Positions 47,733 to 57,337 of a stretch of 64,000 nt of DNA are shown here, piece by piece (position 1 is the first letter of the stretch; each line of letters opens with the position of its first letter). The notes beneath the pieces were generated by a model, which was not told the origin of the DNA, did not search any database, and was given only the letters and a program-made list of their open reading frames with translations. A program made the position numbers and the translations under genes. The DNA lies in NCBI GenBank assembly GCA_963666275.2, contig CAXXOA010000001.1, forward strand, positions 1,760,001 to 1,824,000. Reading direction: 5' to 3'. This stretch comes from Oceanispirochaeta sp. Its GTDB lineage: Bacteria; Spirochaetota; Spirochaetia; DSM-2461.

Positions 47733-48215
47733 TTAGTGTATTTCCTTAATGAAGAGAGACGAGGCTCCCTGGCCGAATAAAACAATAAGGGTCACTATCG
47801 TACCTGAAATCATCACGCCCGTCAAAACACTGAGGAGAGTTTTTTTTCTGTCCAGTCCGAGAACCCAGGCACCCAGTGTTCCCGTATAGGCTCCTGTGAC
47901 AGGAAGGGGAATGGCAACGAAAAGAGTCACACCCCAGTATCCGTAACGTTCGACTTTTTCATGAAGTTTGTGCCTGGCCTTTTCGATGAATCTGTCGAAA
48001 ATCCGGCGGTACCAGGCCCATTTATGGAATAGTTTATGAAAGGTTCCCAGAAACATATAGACGATCGGACCAACCAGGGCGTTCAGGAAAACGCATAGAG
48101 GCCAGGCGATATAAACGGGAATATCGTTTGTGAGGGCAAAAGGGATTGCCCCTCTCAATTCTGAAATGGGAAGAAGTGATAGAAAAACTGTCCAGAACCA
48201 TATATGATTGATCAT
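47733..48215 (-). CDS. Small multidrug export family membrane protein
   Basis: PISELRGAIP; FVAIPLPVTGAYTG. Confidence 0.85.
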   Translation of the reverse strand: MINHIWFWTVFLSLLPISELRGAIPFALTNDIPVYIAWPLCVFLNALVGPIVYMFLGTFHKLFHKWAWYRRIFDRFIEKARHKLHEKVERYGYWGVTLFVAIPLPVTGAYTGTLGAWVLGLDRKKTLLSVLTGVMISGTIVTLIVLFGQGASSLFIKEIH

Positions 48216-48316
48216 TCAAACTCCTTTGACTTAAGATGAACTTTTAACAAAAACAGAGAGTCTACTCAAGAGTCCATAATAGGGTATATTACATTTCGTA
48301 TAAAGGGAGAGTCTAT

Positions 48317-49213
48317 ATGAAACTGGATCTGATGTCCTGGAAAACTAATCCTCAGCCCGCCGACGGTGCCTGGGGAACCATGCTGCTGGCAGAGGGGCTG
48401 CCTCAGGGAGAAGCACCGGAAAACTGGGTTTTCTCCCATTCCGAAAAAGTCGCGGGCATAGCCCGTGCCTACGCCGAAGCGGGAAGCCGTATCATCCTGA
48501 CCAATACCTTCGGCGGGAACTCCATCAAACTGCAGCACAGCGGAAATGAAGATAAAATGGCAGAGATTAACAGGGAAGCCGCCAGACTGACCAGTCAGGC
48601 CGGGGGAGGAGACTATTTCACAGCCGGTGATATCGGTCCTACAGGAAAAATGGTCTTTATGGGGGAAGTGTCTCCCGAAGATGTGGAAGACTCCTATGCC
48701 CGTCAGGCCGAAGCCCTCAGAGAGGGGGGGGCGGATCTGTTTGTTATGGAGACATTCACAGACCTGATTGAGATGGAAGCGGCTCTGAAAGGGGTTCTCA
48801 AAGGCGGAGCGGGGAGTCCTGTTATCTGCTCCATGACCTATGATCCCATGGGGGACGGAACCTACAGGACTGTTATGGGGCACTCTCCTTCGGATGCGGT
48901 GAAAGTTCTGGAGGATACGGGAGCGTCTGCTATCGGTGCCAACTGCGGCACAGGAGTGGAAGCCTATGTGGGACTGGCAAAAGAGCTTGTCGGTCTGACG
49001 GACCTTCCGGTCTGGATAAAAGCCAATGCGGGGCTGCCGGTACTGGAAGGGACAAAAGTGGTGTATCCCATGACACCCGAAGAGTATGGAAAATATGTTC
49101 CGGCTCTTCTGGAAGCCGGTGTGGCCGTTGTGGGGGGATGCTGCGGAACCACTCCTGATCATATAAAACAGATCGTAGAACAGATCCGTCTCTTTCAGGG
49201 CAGAGGGAACTGA
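48317..49213 (+). CDS. Homocysteine S-methyltransferase domain protein (split MetH-like)
   Basis: DGAWGT; GANC; GGCCGTTPDHI. Confidence 0.9.
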   Translation: MKLDLMSWKTNPQPADGAWGTMLLAEGLPQGEAPENWVFSHSEKVAGIARAYAEAGSRIILTNTFGGNSIKLQHSGNEDKMAEINREAARLTSQAGGGDYFTAGDIGPTGKMVFMGEVSPEDVEDSYARQAEALREGGADLFVMETFTDLIEMEAALKGVLKGGAGSPVICSMTYDPMGDGTYRTVMGHSPSDAVKVLEDTGASAIGANCGTGVEAYVGLAKELVGLTDLPVWIKANAGLPVLEGTKVVYPMTPEEYGKYVPALLEAGVAVVGGCCGTTPDHIKQIVEQIRLFQGRGN

Positions 49214-50043
49214 TAGCGGGATAAATCCCGGAGGAATTTATCCATCATACGGAAGGCATTCTCATCCAGAGTCTCTATGGTATCTGCCGGTGTATGATTG
49301 ATCTCCCAGGAATGGGGCCTCCGGGATTTATCTGCTTTCCAGGCTGAGGCTTCCTTCCAGGGCAGGACAGAGAGCTGCAGGGCGGGAAAGCCGCTAAGCT
49401 GAAAGCCCAGATCGTCTGAAAAAAGGTCGACCACAGCCATGTCTGTCTGTCTGCTGTATTTGAAGAAGAGGTCGGAAACCGAGTGATAAAGGTTTTCAAC
49501 AGACCGGATCACAGGATTCCCGATCAGCTCCTGTTCATTTTCGGACTTGTACTTCAGATCACTCCGGCCCCAGATCAGTGTATCCCCGATGCCGCACATA
49601 TCCAGCACAGTAAAAAAGTAGCCCTGACCCATTTTTTCCATCCAGAATTTACCCAGATTGTAGGCTCCCTGTTCAAAGATGGAGGATTCTCCAGTTAACT
49701 CTTCCCTGTCTGTAAAAAGAATCAGCGTATTGTGGGGATAATCCAGGGATTTCAGATACTCGATATGCTGAAGGAGCATAAAAACCGCCGCGCTGTTGTC
49801 ATTGGCGCCGGGGGTTCCCTCTACCCGGTCGTAATGGGCCGTAAGGACTTTGACATAGTGATCCTTCAGAAAAGGTTTTTTCCCCTTCACAGGGATAAGG
49901 AAATGGATCCCCCCCCTGTCTATTTTACTGTATTCCACTCCCTTCCAGTCCAGCAGAGTCTCCAGAAACTGACGCCTGTCGCATTCGGGGCGGCAGAAAC
50001 CCTGGAGAAAATCATTTCTGCTGTACTCTCGGGATCCTGTCAT
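49195..50043 (-). CDS. M28 family peptidase
   Basis: AHYD; GANDN; DREE; HTPAD. Confidence 0.85.
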   Translation of the reverse strand: MTGSREYSRNDFLQGFCRPECDRRQFLETLLDWKGVEYSKIDRGGIHFLIPVKGKKPFLKDHYVKVLTAHYDRVEGTPGANDNSAAVFMLLQHIEYLKSLDYPHNTLILFTDREELTGESSIFEQGAYNLGKFWMEKMGQGYFFTVLDMCGIGDTLIWGRSDLKYKSENEQELIGNPVIRSVENLYHSVSDLFFKYSRQTDMAVVDLFSDDLGFQLSGFPALQLSVLPWKEASAWKADKSRRPHSWEINHTPADTIETLDENAFRMMDKFLRDLSRYQFPLP

Positions 50044-51164
50044 ATCCGTCCTATCCTGATGGCTTCCACAGGACAGACTTCATGGCAGCAGTAGCAGCGG
50101 ATACATTTCTGATAGTCTATGGCTACCTTCTTTCCCTTTCCTTCACCCCTGAAGCTGAGGGCTGCTGCGGGACAGATCTCAAGGCATTTCCCGCAGCGGA
50201 TACATTTTCTGTGAATGAAGAAGGGCCGGGGAACATAGAGGTTCCGGATAAACTGATAGATCCCGGAGGGAAGCATCTTTTTTATGAAACCTGTATCTTT
50301 GAGAATCTTCACCCTTTTATAATCTTCCATGACAAGCTCAGCCGGTTTCAGGAGAGGATACTCTATCTCATCCGGATTTTTCAGCCAGATCTGTCTGTCC
50401 AGGGCATCCTTCAGCAGGGGGATCAGCTCAGGTTCATATCCCATTATGGAAGCAAATGCCCAGTCCAGAGCCAGCAGATTGTCCGAGGCTCCCAGGAGCT
50501 CTACCTTTCTGGGATATCCGCTACCCGGACCGGGACCTTCCATGGCAAGGATCCCATCCATAATGGCAAAATCCGTTCCGGCGCCCTGAAAAAGATCCAC
50601 AATCATGGCGGCAAAATCCTCTTTTTCGGGGAAATTCATGTGAAACCGGGATTTGTTCAAACCGGGGATCAGACCGAAAAGATTTTTTATGGCCCCCGTA
50701 TAGTACATCATTTCGTGAGTTTTCATTTTGGGAAGGGAAATCAGAACATCCGCTTCCTCAAGATAGCTGGTGGGAGAGAATCTTGTCTGTTTTCTGCCAT
50801 CCGGATTCAGAAGCGTACCGACTGTATTGAAAACAACCCACTCTGCGCCTTCCTGATCGACCGCATCTTTTATGCCGCATTTTTTCCCCGCCAGATCGGC
50901 AGATCCCACTCCCGGGGAGTCACCTACAAGAATCCGGGCGGCTCCTCTTGTCCTGAGCTCTTTTATAACAGCCCTGACAAGCTCCGGATGGGTGGTAACC
51001 GCTTTCTCCGGAGGGGATCCCGAAAGGATATTGGGTTTCAAAAGGACCGTCTTTCCCGCTACTTCCGGAAAAGCAGAATTTTGAAGGAGTTTTTTCAGGG
51101 AACTCTGAATATTTTCGGGACTGTAATCGGAACATCCTGTAATTGCAACCTGAGGTTTAATCAT
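50040..51164 (-). CDS. DUF362 domain protein with two [4Fe-4S] clusters
   Basis: LLKPN; PKMKTH; CIRCGKC..CP and CIRCYCC..CP. Confidence 0.88.
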   Translation of the reverse strand: MIKPQVAITGCSDYSPENIQSSLKKLLQNSAFPEVAGKTVLLKPNILSGSPPEKAVTTHPELVRAVIKELRTRGAARILVGDSPGVGSADLAGKKCGIKDAVDQEGAEWVVFNTVGTLLNPDGRKQTRFSPTSYLEEADVLISLPKMKTHEMMYYTGAIKNLFGLIPGLNKSRFHMNFPEKEDFAAMIVDLFQGAGTDFAIMDGILAMEGPGPGSGYPRKVELLGASDNLLALDWAFASIMGYEPELIPLLKDALDRQIWLKNPDEIEYPLLKPAELVMEDYKRVKILKDTGFIKKMLPSGIYQFIRNLYVPRPFFIHRKCIRCGKCLEICPAAALSFRGEGKGKKVAIDYQKCIRCYCCHEVCPVEAIRIGRI

Positions 51165-51268
51165 ATTGTATTATCGGTCCTTATCTCTTGATTTTTAAAC
51201 AGACTCCAGAGTATTGTAGTTTAACAAATAAAATCAATCCTTATTGATAGTTATAGTGAGGTATTATT

Positions 51269-52924
51269 GTGGTACAACCGCTTAAAAAACTGGAATCCTT
51301 TCAGAAAAGACGGGGACCTGTAGTTCTCTGTATTATGGACGGAGTCGGATATGGAGAATATGAACAGGGTGATGCTGTAAAAGGAGCTATCACCAATACT
51401 CTTGATGAACTGTCAGCTACCTGTCCCGTGACAAAGCTCAAGGCTCATGGTAAAGCCGTGGGACTTCCTTCAGACGATGATATGGGGAACTCCGAAGTCG
51501 GTCACAACGCGATCGGATGCGGCCGGGTTTTCTCCCAGGGGGCGAAACTGGTTTCCAACTCCATTGAAACCGGAGCCATGTTTACCGGAGAAATCTGGAC
51601 CAAGCTGATAAACAATGCAAAAGATAAAGATTCTACCCTCCATTTTATCGGACTTCTGTCTGACGGAAATGTTCACTCCCATATAGATCACCTGAAAGCC
51701 ATGGTTACCAAAGCCAAAGAGGACGGAGTGAAAAAAGTCCGTGTTCATGCGCTGCTGGACGGTAGGGATGTAGGGGAAACTTCCGCTCTTGACTACTTCG
51801 ACCCCACAGAGGCTTTTCTGGCTGAACTGAGCGATGAGAATTTCGACGCCTGTATCGCTTCCGGAGGCGGAAGGATGCAGATTACCATGGACCGCTATCA
51901 GGCGAACTGGTCAATGGTTGATAAAGGATGGCAGACCCATGTGCTCGGAGAAGGGGAACTCTTCTCATCCGCCCATGAAGCCATTACCGAACTGAGAAAG
52001 AGGGATGAGGTCATTGATCAGGATCTGCCTCCTTTCGTTATCGGAGAGGACGGAAAACCTGTAGGAACCGTAGAAGACGGAGACAGTGTTATCCTCTTCA
52101 ACTTCCGCGGAGACAGAGCCCTTGAAATTACAGCCGCCTTTGAAAGCGGCGATGATTTTGACAAGTTCGACCGTGTCAGAGTTCCCGATGTGGAATATGC
52201 GGGTATGATGGAATATGACGGAGACCTTCATGTTCCCAAACAGTACCTTGTGAATCCTCCCACCATTGACAGGACTATGGCTGAATACCTGGTGGCTTCA
52301 GGAGTTAAACAGTTCTCCATCAGTGAGACTCAGAAATTCGGCCATGTGACCTATTTCTTCAACGGAAACAAATCAGGCAAGTTCTCCGAAGAACTGGAAA
52401 CTTACGTGGAGATCCCCTCGGATGTGGTTCCTTTCGAACAGAGACCTGCCATGAAATGTGCGGAGATAACAGACAAGCTTCTGGAAGTGATCGAAGCCGG
52501 GGAGTACGATTTCATTAAACTCAACTTCCCCAACGGCGATATGGTAGGCCATACAGGAAGCTATCAGGCTGTTGTATGCTCCATGGAAGCTATGGACCTG
52601 AATATCGGCCGGCTCAGAAATGCTGTTCAGAAAGCCGGAGGTGTCCTGATCCTGACGGCAGACCATGGTAACTCCGATGATATGTATGAACATAACAAGA
52701 AAACCGGAGAGGTTGTCATGAACGAGAAGGGAAAACCGAAAGCCAAAACTTCCCACTCTCTCAATCCCGTTCCCTGTATCATTTTTGATCCTGAATACAA
52801 GGATGACTACAGTAAAGATCTGAACGAGGGTCTGGGAATCAGCTCTGTGGCAGCAACATGTCTTAATTTCCTGGGATACGAAGCTCCCGAAGATTATGAC
52901 AGGAGTATCATTACCGTTAAATAA
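51269..52924 (+). CDS. gpmI: 2,3-BPG-independent phosphoglycerate mutase
   Basis: MGNSEVGH; DMVGHTG; TADHGN. Confidence 0.95.
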   Translation: MVQPLKKLESFQKRRGPVVLCIMDGVGYGEYEQGDAVKGAITNTLDELSATCPVTKLKAHGKAVGLPSDDDMGNSEVGHNAIGCGRVFSQGAKLVSNSIETGAMFTGEIWTKLINNAKDKDSTLHFIGLLSDGNVHSHIDHLKAMVTKAKEDGVKKVRVHALLDGRDVGETSALDYFDPTEAFLAELSDENFDACIASGGGRMQITMDRYQANWSMVDKGWQTHVLGEGELFSSAHEAITELRKRDEVIDQDLPPFVIGEDGKPVGTVEDGDSVILFNFRGDRALEITAAFESGDDFDKFDRVRVPDVEYAGMMEYDGDLHVPKQYLVNPPTIDRTMAEYLVASGVKQFSISETQKFGHVTYFFNGNKSGKFSEELETYVEIPSDVVPFEQRPAMKCAEITDKLLEVIEAGEYDFIKLNFPNGDMVGHTGSYQAVVCSMEAMDLNIGRLRNAVQKAGGVLILTADHGNSDDMYEHNKKTGEVVMNEKGKPKAKTSHSLNPVPCIIFDPEYKDDYSKDLNEGLGISSVAATCLNFLGYEAPEDYDRSIITVK

Positions 52925-52943
52925 GATCTGAAAGGATTTTCAG

Positions 52944-52984
52944 GCCTGCTGTTTCTTTTTCTGAAGGAGCAGCAGGCTTTTTTT
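52944..52984 (+). terminator. Intrinsic terminator
   Basis: GCCTGCTG...CAGCAGGC plus T-run. Confidence 0.75.
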
Positions 52985-52987
52985 ATG

Positions 52988-55210
52988 TCAGGGAAGTTTT
53001 CCCGCTTCTATTTTTTCCAGAGCCCAGAGGGTGAACTTCTGAACTTTCCTGTCCGGATCAGCCATGAGTTCCTCCAGAATCTTTTCATTATCCTGATCTT
53101 TCAGTTTTACCATGGCCCGGATCGCCAGTATCCTGATCTCCCTGTTGATATCCTTCACAGCGGGGACAAGACCTCTCCAGGCCTTTTTTGTATTGATGAG
53201 AATCAGTTCTTCCGCGGCCAGTTTCCTTGTCTCTTTTTTCCGGTTCTTCAGCCTGTTTATGCAAAGATCCACATACCCTGTCTCTTCAAGGATATGGGAG
53301 ACCGTTTTATGAAGGCCTGTTGCATCTGGATCTCTGAGGAAAAGGAGCAGCTGCTCTTCCAGGGGCTCGCTGGCGGATATGAAATACTCTGTTAGGGATT
53401 TACGCAGAGCGGGTGTGCCCGTTTTAAAATACTCCAGAATGATCCTGATCTCTTCAGGGGTTCCCTTGTTTTTCAGAGCATGATGGATGGATTCCTCCAG
53501 CTCCGGTTTCTTTTCGATAAGAGGAACAAGCTCTGACAGGGCTTTGATATTCCGGCCGGCTCCCCAGGCATCTATGATTGTCCGGCAGACTTCCTCTGTT
53601 TCGTTTTCGTCATAGAGAATCTGATGGAGTTCCGTAAAGGTCTCCTCTCTGTTCCAGAGGATCAGATCCCCCGCTGTTTCGGCCCTTACTGCCTCTTCCG
53701 GATCTGAAAGCAGAGGAACGATCTTTTCCAGTGATCCTGTACTCTGCAGACGGCTGAGGGATTCTACAGCGACAATCCTTGTCCGGGGATCCGCATCGCT
53801 CAGGGCCTCTTCCATCTGGGGGATAAAGCGGGATATCTGCGAAACCGCCAGAAGCGACATAAGAGCATTTCTGGCAGAACCGTCGCTGAGGGTGAAAATG
53901 ATCTCAGCCAGTTCCAGAAAATCTTCCCGGGACCAGCGGGAGGCATTGATTCCCAGTTCTTCCATCTCTGCCCGGGAAAAGAGGGAGAGATTTTCGAGTA
54001 TAAAGAGTATGGTGCTTTTTTCATTATAGTGACAGAGAACAGACAGGGCTCTTTTCCTTACCCGGGGGGAATTCTCACTGTTCCTCACAATTTCATGCAT
54101 ATCCCTGAGGGAGAAGGAGAGGGGGAGCCGTTTAAAACTCCGGATGAGCTCTCCATCACAGCTGAAGGTTTCATCTTTCAGAAAATGGATCAGGTCTCCG
54201 TAAATCTTCAAGGCACTTTCAGCGGGAATATGATGAAATATCACTTTAAGATACTCTTTATTGTTTTTTTGCTCCTGGAGGATCTTCTGGAGCAGGGCAA
54301 AGCTCTCTTTGCTTGTGAGTTTCAACAGGTTCAGGATGGCTGTTTTCTTAATTGTATAGAGGTAGGGCGATTTTTCCTGGATTGCCATGGTGGAAGCAAT
54401 CAGCTTTTCCGGGATCCGGCTGATTCCTCCGGACTCCATCAGTTCCATTGCCATGCAATAGGAGCCTTTGGAGTGGAAATTCTCAGGTTTATCAAGGAAT
54501 GAGTTAATGCCGCAGCGTGAGGATGCATTCAGAAGATCCCGTCGTCTGTTGAAGTCCTCCATATCCGAAAGACTGGCTTTCCGGATCAGTTTGTCCAGGC
54601 ATCCCTCCTGTTCCAGGTACATAGAGGCGTTCAGAGCGATCCCCGGGTCGTTCTCAAGAAGAAAACGGTAGGCCAGGTCATGATCCATGACAGAATCTTT
54701 TTCAAGGAGTTCAATGCAGTGAATCTTCTCTACTTTGGTAAGATTGTCGGGAGACACCGAGAAGAGGTCTGCAAAATCTTTCCGGATTCTCTGCCGGGCA
54801 GTCTTTCTGACTTCCCAGACCGGATCTGTCAGATACATTCTGAAAAGCCTGTTGTAAAGCTTCTGCCGATCCGCAGAAACAAACCATCTGGCAATAAGGG
54901 CTCTGATCTCCGCGTGGCTGTCCGATAGACCTTCCCATACCATCCTGACGGCTTTGGGTGAATCAGACCAGAGAAGAATCGCATAGGCCTGCTTCCTCAG
55001 CCGGGGAGAACTGGTGGAGGAAAAAAGCAGAAGTGTGTCTTCCCAGGGAAATAGCAGTTTTTTCCAGGAGTGATCCTCCTCGGGAATTTCCCATTCTGAC
55101 AATAGTTCCTCCAGCCACGGGGCGGGCAACGCTGATTCCATAAGCTGCTGGAGTTTCAATTTTCCCTGTTCATTATTTTTCAGTTGGAAGAGAGGATGCT
55201 TGCTATTCAT
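52988..55210 (-). CDS. HEAT-repeat protein
   Basis: Repeated L.D....VR..A helical motifs. Confidence 0.85.
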   Translation of the reverse strand: MNSKHPLFQLKNNEQGKLKLQQLMESALPAPWLEELLSEWEIPEEDHSWKKLLFPWEDTLLLFSSTSSPRLRKQAYAILLWSDSPKAVRMVWEGLSDSHAEIRALIARWFVSADRQKLYNRLFRMYLTDPVWEVRKTARQRIRKDFADLFSVSPDNLTKVEKIHCIELLEKDSVMDHDLAYRFLLENDPGIALNASMYLEQEGCLDKLIRKASLSDMEDFNRRRDLLNASSRCGINSFLDKPENFHSKGSYCMAMELMESGGISRIPEKLIASTMAIQEKSPYLYTIKKTAILNLLKLTSKESFALLQKILQEQKNNKEYLKVIFHHIPAESALKIYGDLIHFLKDETFSCDGELIRSFKRLPLSFSLRDMHEIVRNSENSPRVRKRALSVLCHYNEKSTILFILENLSLFSRAEMEELGINASRWSREDFLELAEIIFTLSDGSARNALMSLLAVSQISRFIPQMEEALSDADPRTRIVAVESLSRLQSTGSLEKIVPLLSDPEEAVRAETAGDLILWNREETFTELHQILYDENETEEVCRTIIDAWGAGRNIKALSELVPLIEKKPELEESIHHALKNKGTPEEIRIILEYFKTGTPALRKSLTEYFISASEPLEEQLLLFLRDPDATGLHKTVSHILEETGYVDLCINRLKNRKKETRKLAAEELILINTKKAWRGLVPAVKDINREIRILAIRAMVKLKDQDNEKILEELMADPDRKVQKFTLWALEKIEAGKLP

Positions 55211-55231
55211 AAAACCTTACCTGACTTTTTG

Positions 55232-55693
55232 TTAAAAAAGTAAATCAGAACAGATTCTGCTCAGAGACTGAAGATCGTGACACTTCTTACTGCCGAAGGA
55301 ATCTGGGGAGATACTGTTCAGTATCAGAATATCAGATATCTGCATATTTTCAAACAGAGGAATCACATAGCCGCTGTTCATGGCGGGATTGATGAGGATT
55401 TCTTCAAGAAAAGTCCCTTTTTTCCGATTCACTACCAGGCTCTCCCGGCAGTGATGAATGAAATCCAGCCATCCGCTGGCCGCATAGATCGTTTCAGGGA
55501 CGTCATAAATTCCCAGAGAATGGGCAAGGCTGTAATCTCTGGAGGTTCCGCTCCGGCTGTACCAGGCTGCCAGATCACTAGAGGACTGGTAGAAGGCCGA
55601 TTGAAGCATCTTTTCAAGGATCCCCTGCTTCCCCTGTCTCAGATCCGGTCTGAGGGGAAGCAGAGGGGAATCGGTTCTTAAATGGACTGGCAT
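55232..55693 (-). CDS. Hypothetical protein with a GAF-like domain
   Basis: Between glpK and the HEAT gene; YVIPL...ILILNS. Confidence 0.55.
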   Translation of the reverse strand: MPVHLRTDSPLLPLRPDLRQGKQGILEKMLQSAFYQSSSDLAAWYSRSGTSRDYSLAHSLGIYDVPETIYAASGWLDFIHHCRESLVVNRKKGTFLEEILINPAMNSGYVIPLFENMQISDILILNSISPDSFGSKKCHDLQSLSRICSDLLF

Positions 55694-55694
55694 A

Positions 55695-57188
55695 TCAAAC
55701 TTCCCCTGACATAAGGCATTTTTTCACGGCTTTTTTCCAGCCTTCATAGAGGGCCCTGCTGTCCTCTTCACACATGACAGGTTCAAATACCCTATCTACA
55801 GACCAGACTCTCTGGATCTCCCGGGAATCTTTCCAGTAACCTACTGCCAGACCGGCGAAAAAAGCTGCTCCCAGAGCCGTTGTCTCGATGATCTGGGGGC
55901 GAATGACGCTGCTGCGGTTCAGATCACTCTGAATCTGCATGAGGATATTACTTCGTGCGGCGCCGCCATCCACTCTGATCCCTTTCAGGTCGATGCCTGA
56001 ATCTTTCTGCATTATATCAATAATTTCCTTGGATCGGAAAGCGATAGATTCCAGAGCGGCGCGGCAGATATGCTCTATTGTGGTGGCTCTGGTCATTCCC
56101 GTCAGTTCCGCACGGGCTTCCATGGACCAGTAGGGAGCTCCCAGTCCCTGGAAAGCCGGAACCAGATAGACTCCTTCGGACGCTGTGACTTTTTCGGCCA
56201 GTTCATCGCACTGGGGAGCCGATTCGATCAGTTTGAGATTGTCTCTGAGCCACTGTATGATGGCTCCTCCCATAAAAATACTCCCTTCCAGGGCATAGGT
56301 AATGGTCTGTCCCATTTTCCACCCGATCGTGGTAAGAAGGCCATTGGGCGAATCCACAGGCTTGTTTCCCGTGTTCATAAGCATGAAACAGCCGGTTCCG
56401 TAGGTATTTTTCACATCCCCGGGATTCAGGCACATCTGACCGAAAAGGGCCGCCTGCTGATCTCCTGCCACACCGGCGATCGGAACAGCCGCTCCGAAAA
56501 GATCTTTATCCGTATGGCCGTAGATTTCGCTGCAGCTTCTGATCTCCGGCAGAAGAGAGGCGGGAATATCCAGAAGAGACAGGAGTTCCCTGTCCCAGCA
56601 GTCTTCATGAATATTGTATAGCAGGGTTCTGCTGGCATTAGTTGCATCGGTCACATGAACCTTTCCGCCTGTGAGCTTCCATATAAGCCAGGAATCCATC
56701 GTACCGAAAAGGAGTTTTCCCTGTTCCGCTCTCTCCCGGACACCCTCAATATTATCCAGGATCCAGCGGATTTTGGTTCCCGAAAAGTAGGCATCCAGGG
56801 GGAGACCTGTCTTTTTTCTGAAAAGAGGTTCATACCCCTGATCGATAAGGGTATTGCAGAGATCTGAAGTCCTTCTGCACTGCCATACAATGGCATTGTA
56901 GACGGGGATACCAGTCTCTTTATCCCAGATCATTGTGGTTTCTCTCTGATTTGTAATGCCGATAGCCGCTATATTCTCTTCAAGGCTGAGGTTTCGGGAC
57001 TCCAGCAGCTGAAGCATCATATCCCTCTGGCAGTCCCATATCTCCAGGGGGTTGTGTTCCACCCAGCCTGATTGTGGATAATACTGGGGGAATTCCTGCT
57101 GAGTCATGCCGCAGATAGCGCCGGATTTATCAACAAGAAGGGCTCTGGAACTAGTGGTCCCCTGATCCAGTGAAAGGATGTATTTCAT
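55695..57188 (-). CDS. glpK: Glycerol kinase
   Basis: DQGTTSSR; GITNQRET; GDQQAAL; TYGTG. Confidence 0.96.
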   Translation of the reverse strand: MKYILSLDQGTTSSRALLVDKSGAICGMTQQEFPQYYPQSGWVEHNPLEIWDCQRDMMLQLLESRNLSLEENIAAIGITNQRETTMIWDKETGIPVYNAIVWQCRRTSDLCNTLIDQGYEPLFRKKTGLPLDAYFSGTKIRWILDNIEGVRERAEQGKLLFGTMDSWLIWKLTGGKVHVTDATNASRTLLYNIHEDCWDRELLSLLDIPASLLPEIRSCSEIYGHTDKDLFGAAVPIAGVAGDQQAALFGQMCLNPGDVKNTYGTGCFMLMNTGNKPVDSPNGLLTTIGWKMGQTITYALEGSIFMGGAIIQWLRDNLKLIESAPQCDELAEKVTASEGVYLVPAFQGLGAPYWSMEARAELTGMTRATTIEHICRAALESIAFRSKEIIDIMQKDSGIDLKGIRVDGGAARSNILMQIQSDLNRSSVIRPQIIETTALGAAFFAGLAVGYWKDSREIQRVWSVDRVFEPVMCEEDSRALYEGWKKAVKKCLMSGEV

Positions 57189-57337
57189 AGCAAAACTCCA
57201 GAAAATCGTCTTTTTTTATTATTTTGAACTGAAACTGTTTTTATTATCCGTTTGCTGGCTGAATTTGTCTACGATTTTATCACCCGGGAAAAAATATATC
57301 TTTCTAAATAGCAAAATGACCGATAATATTAAGTAAT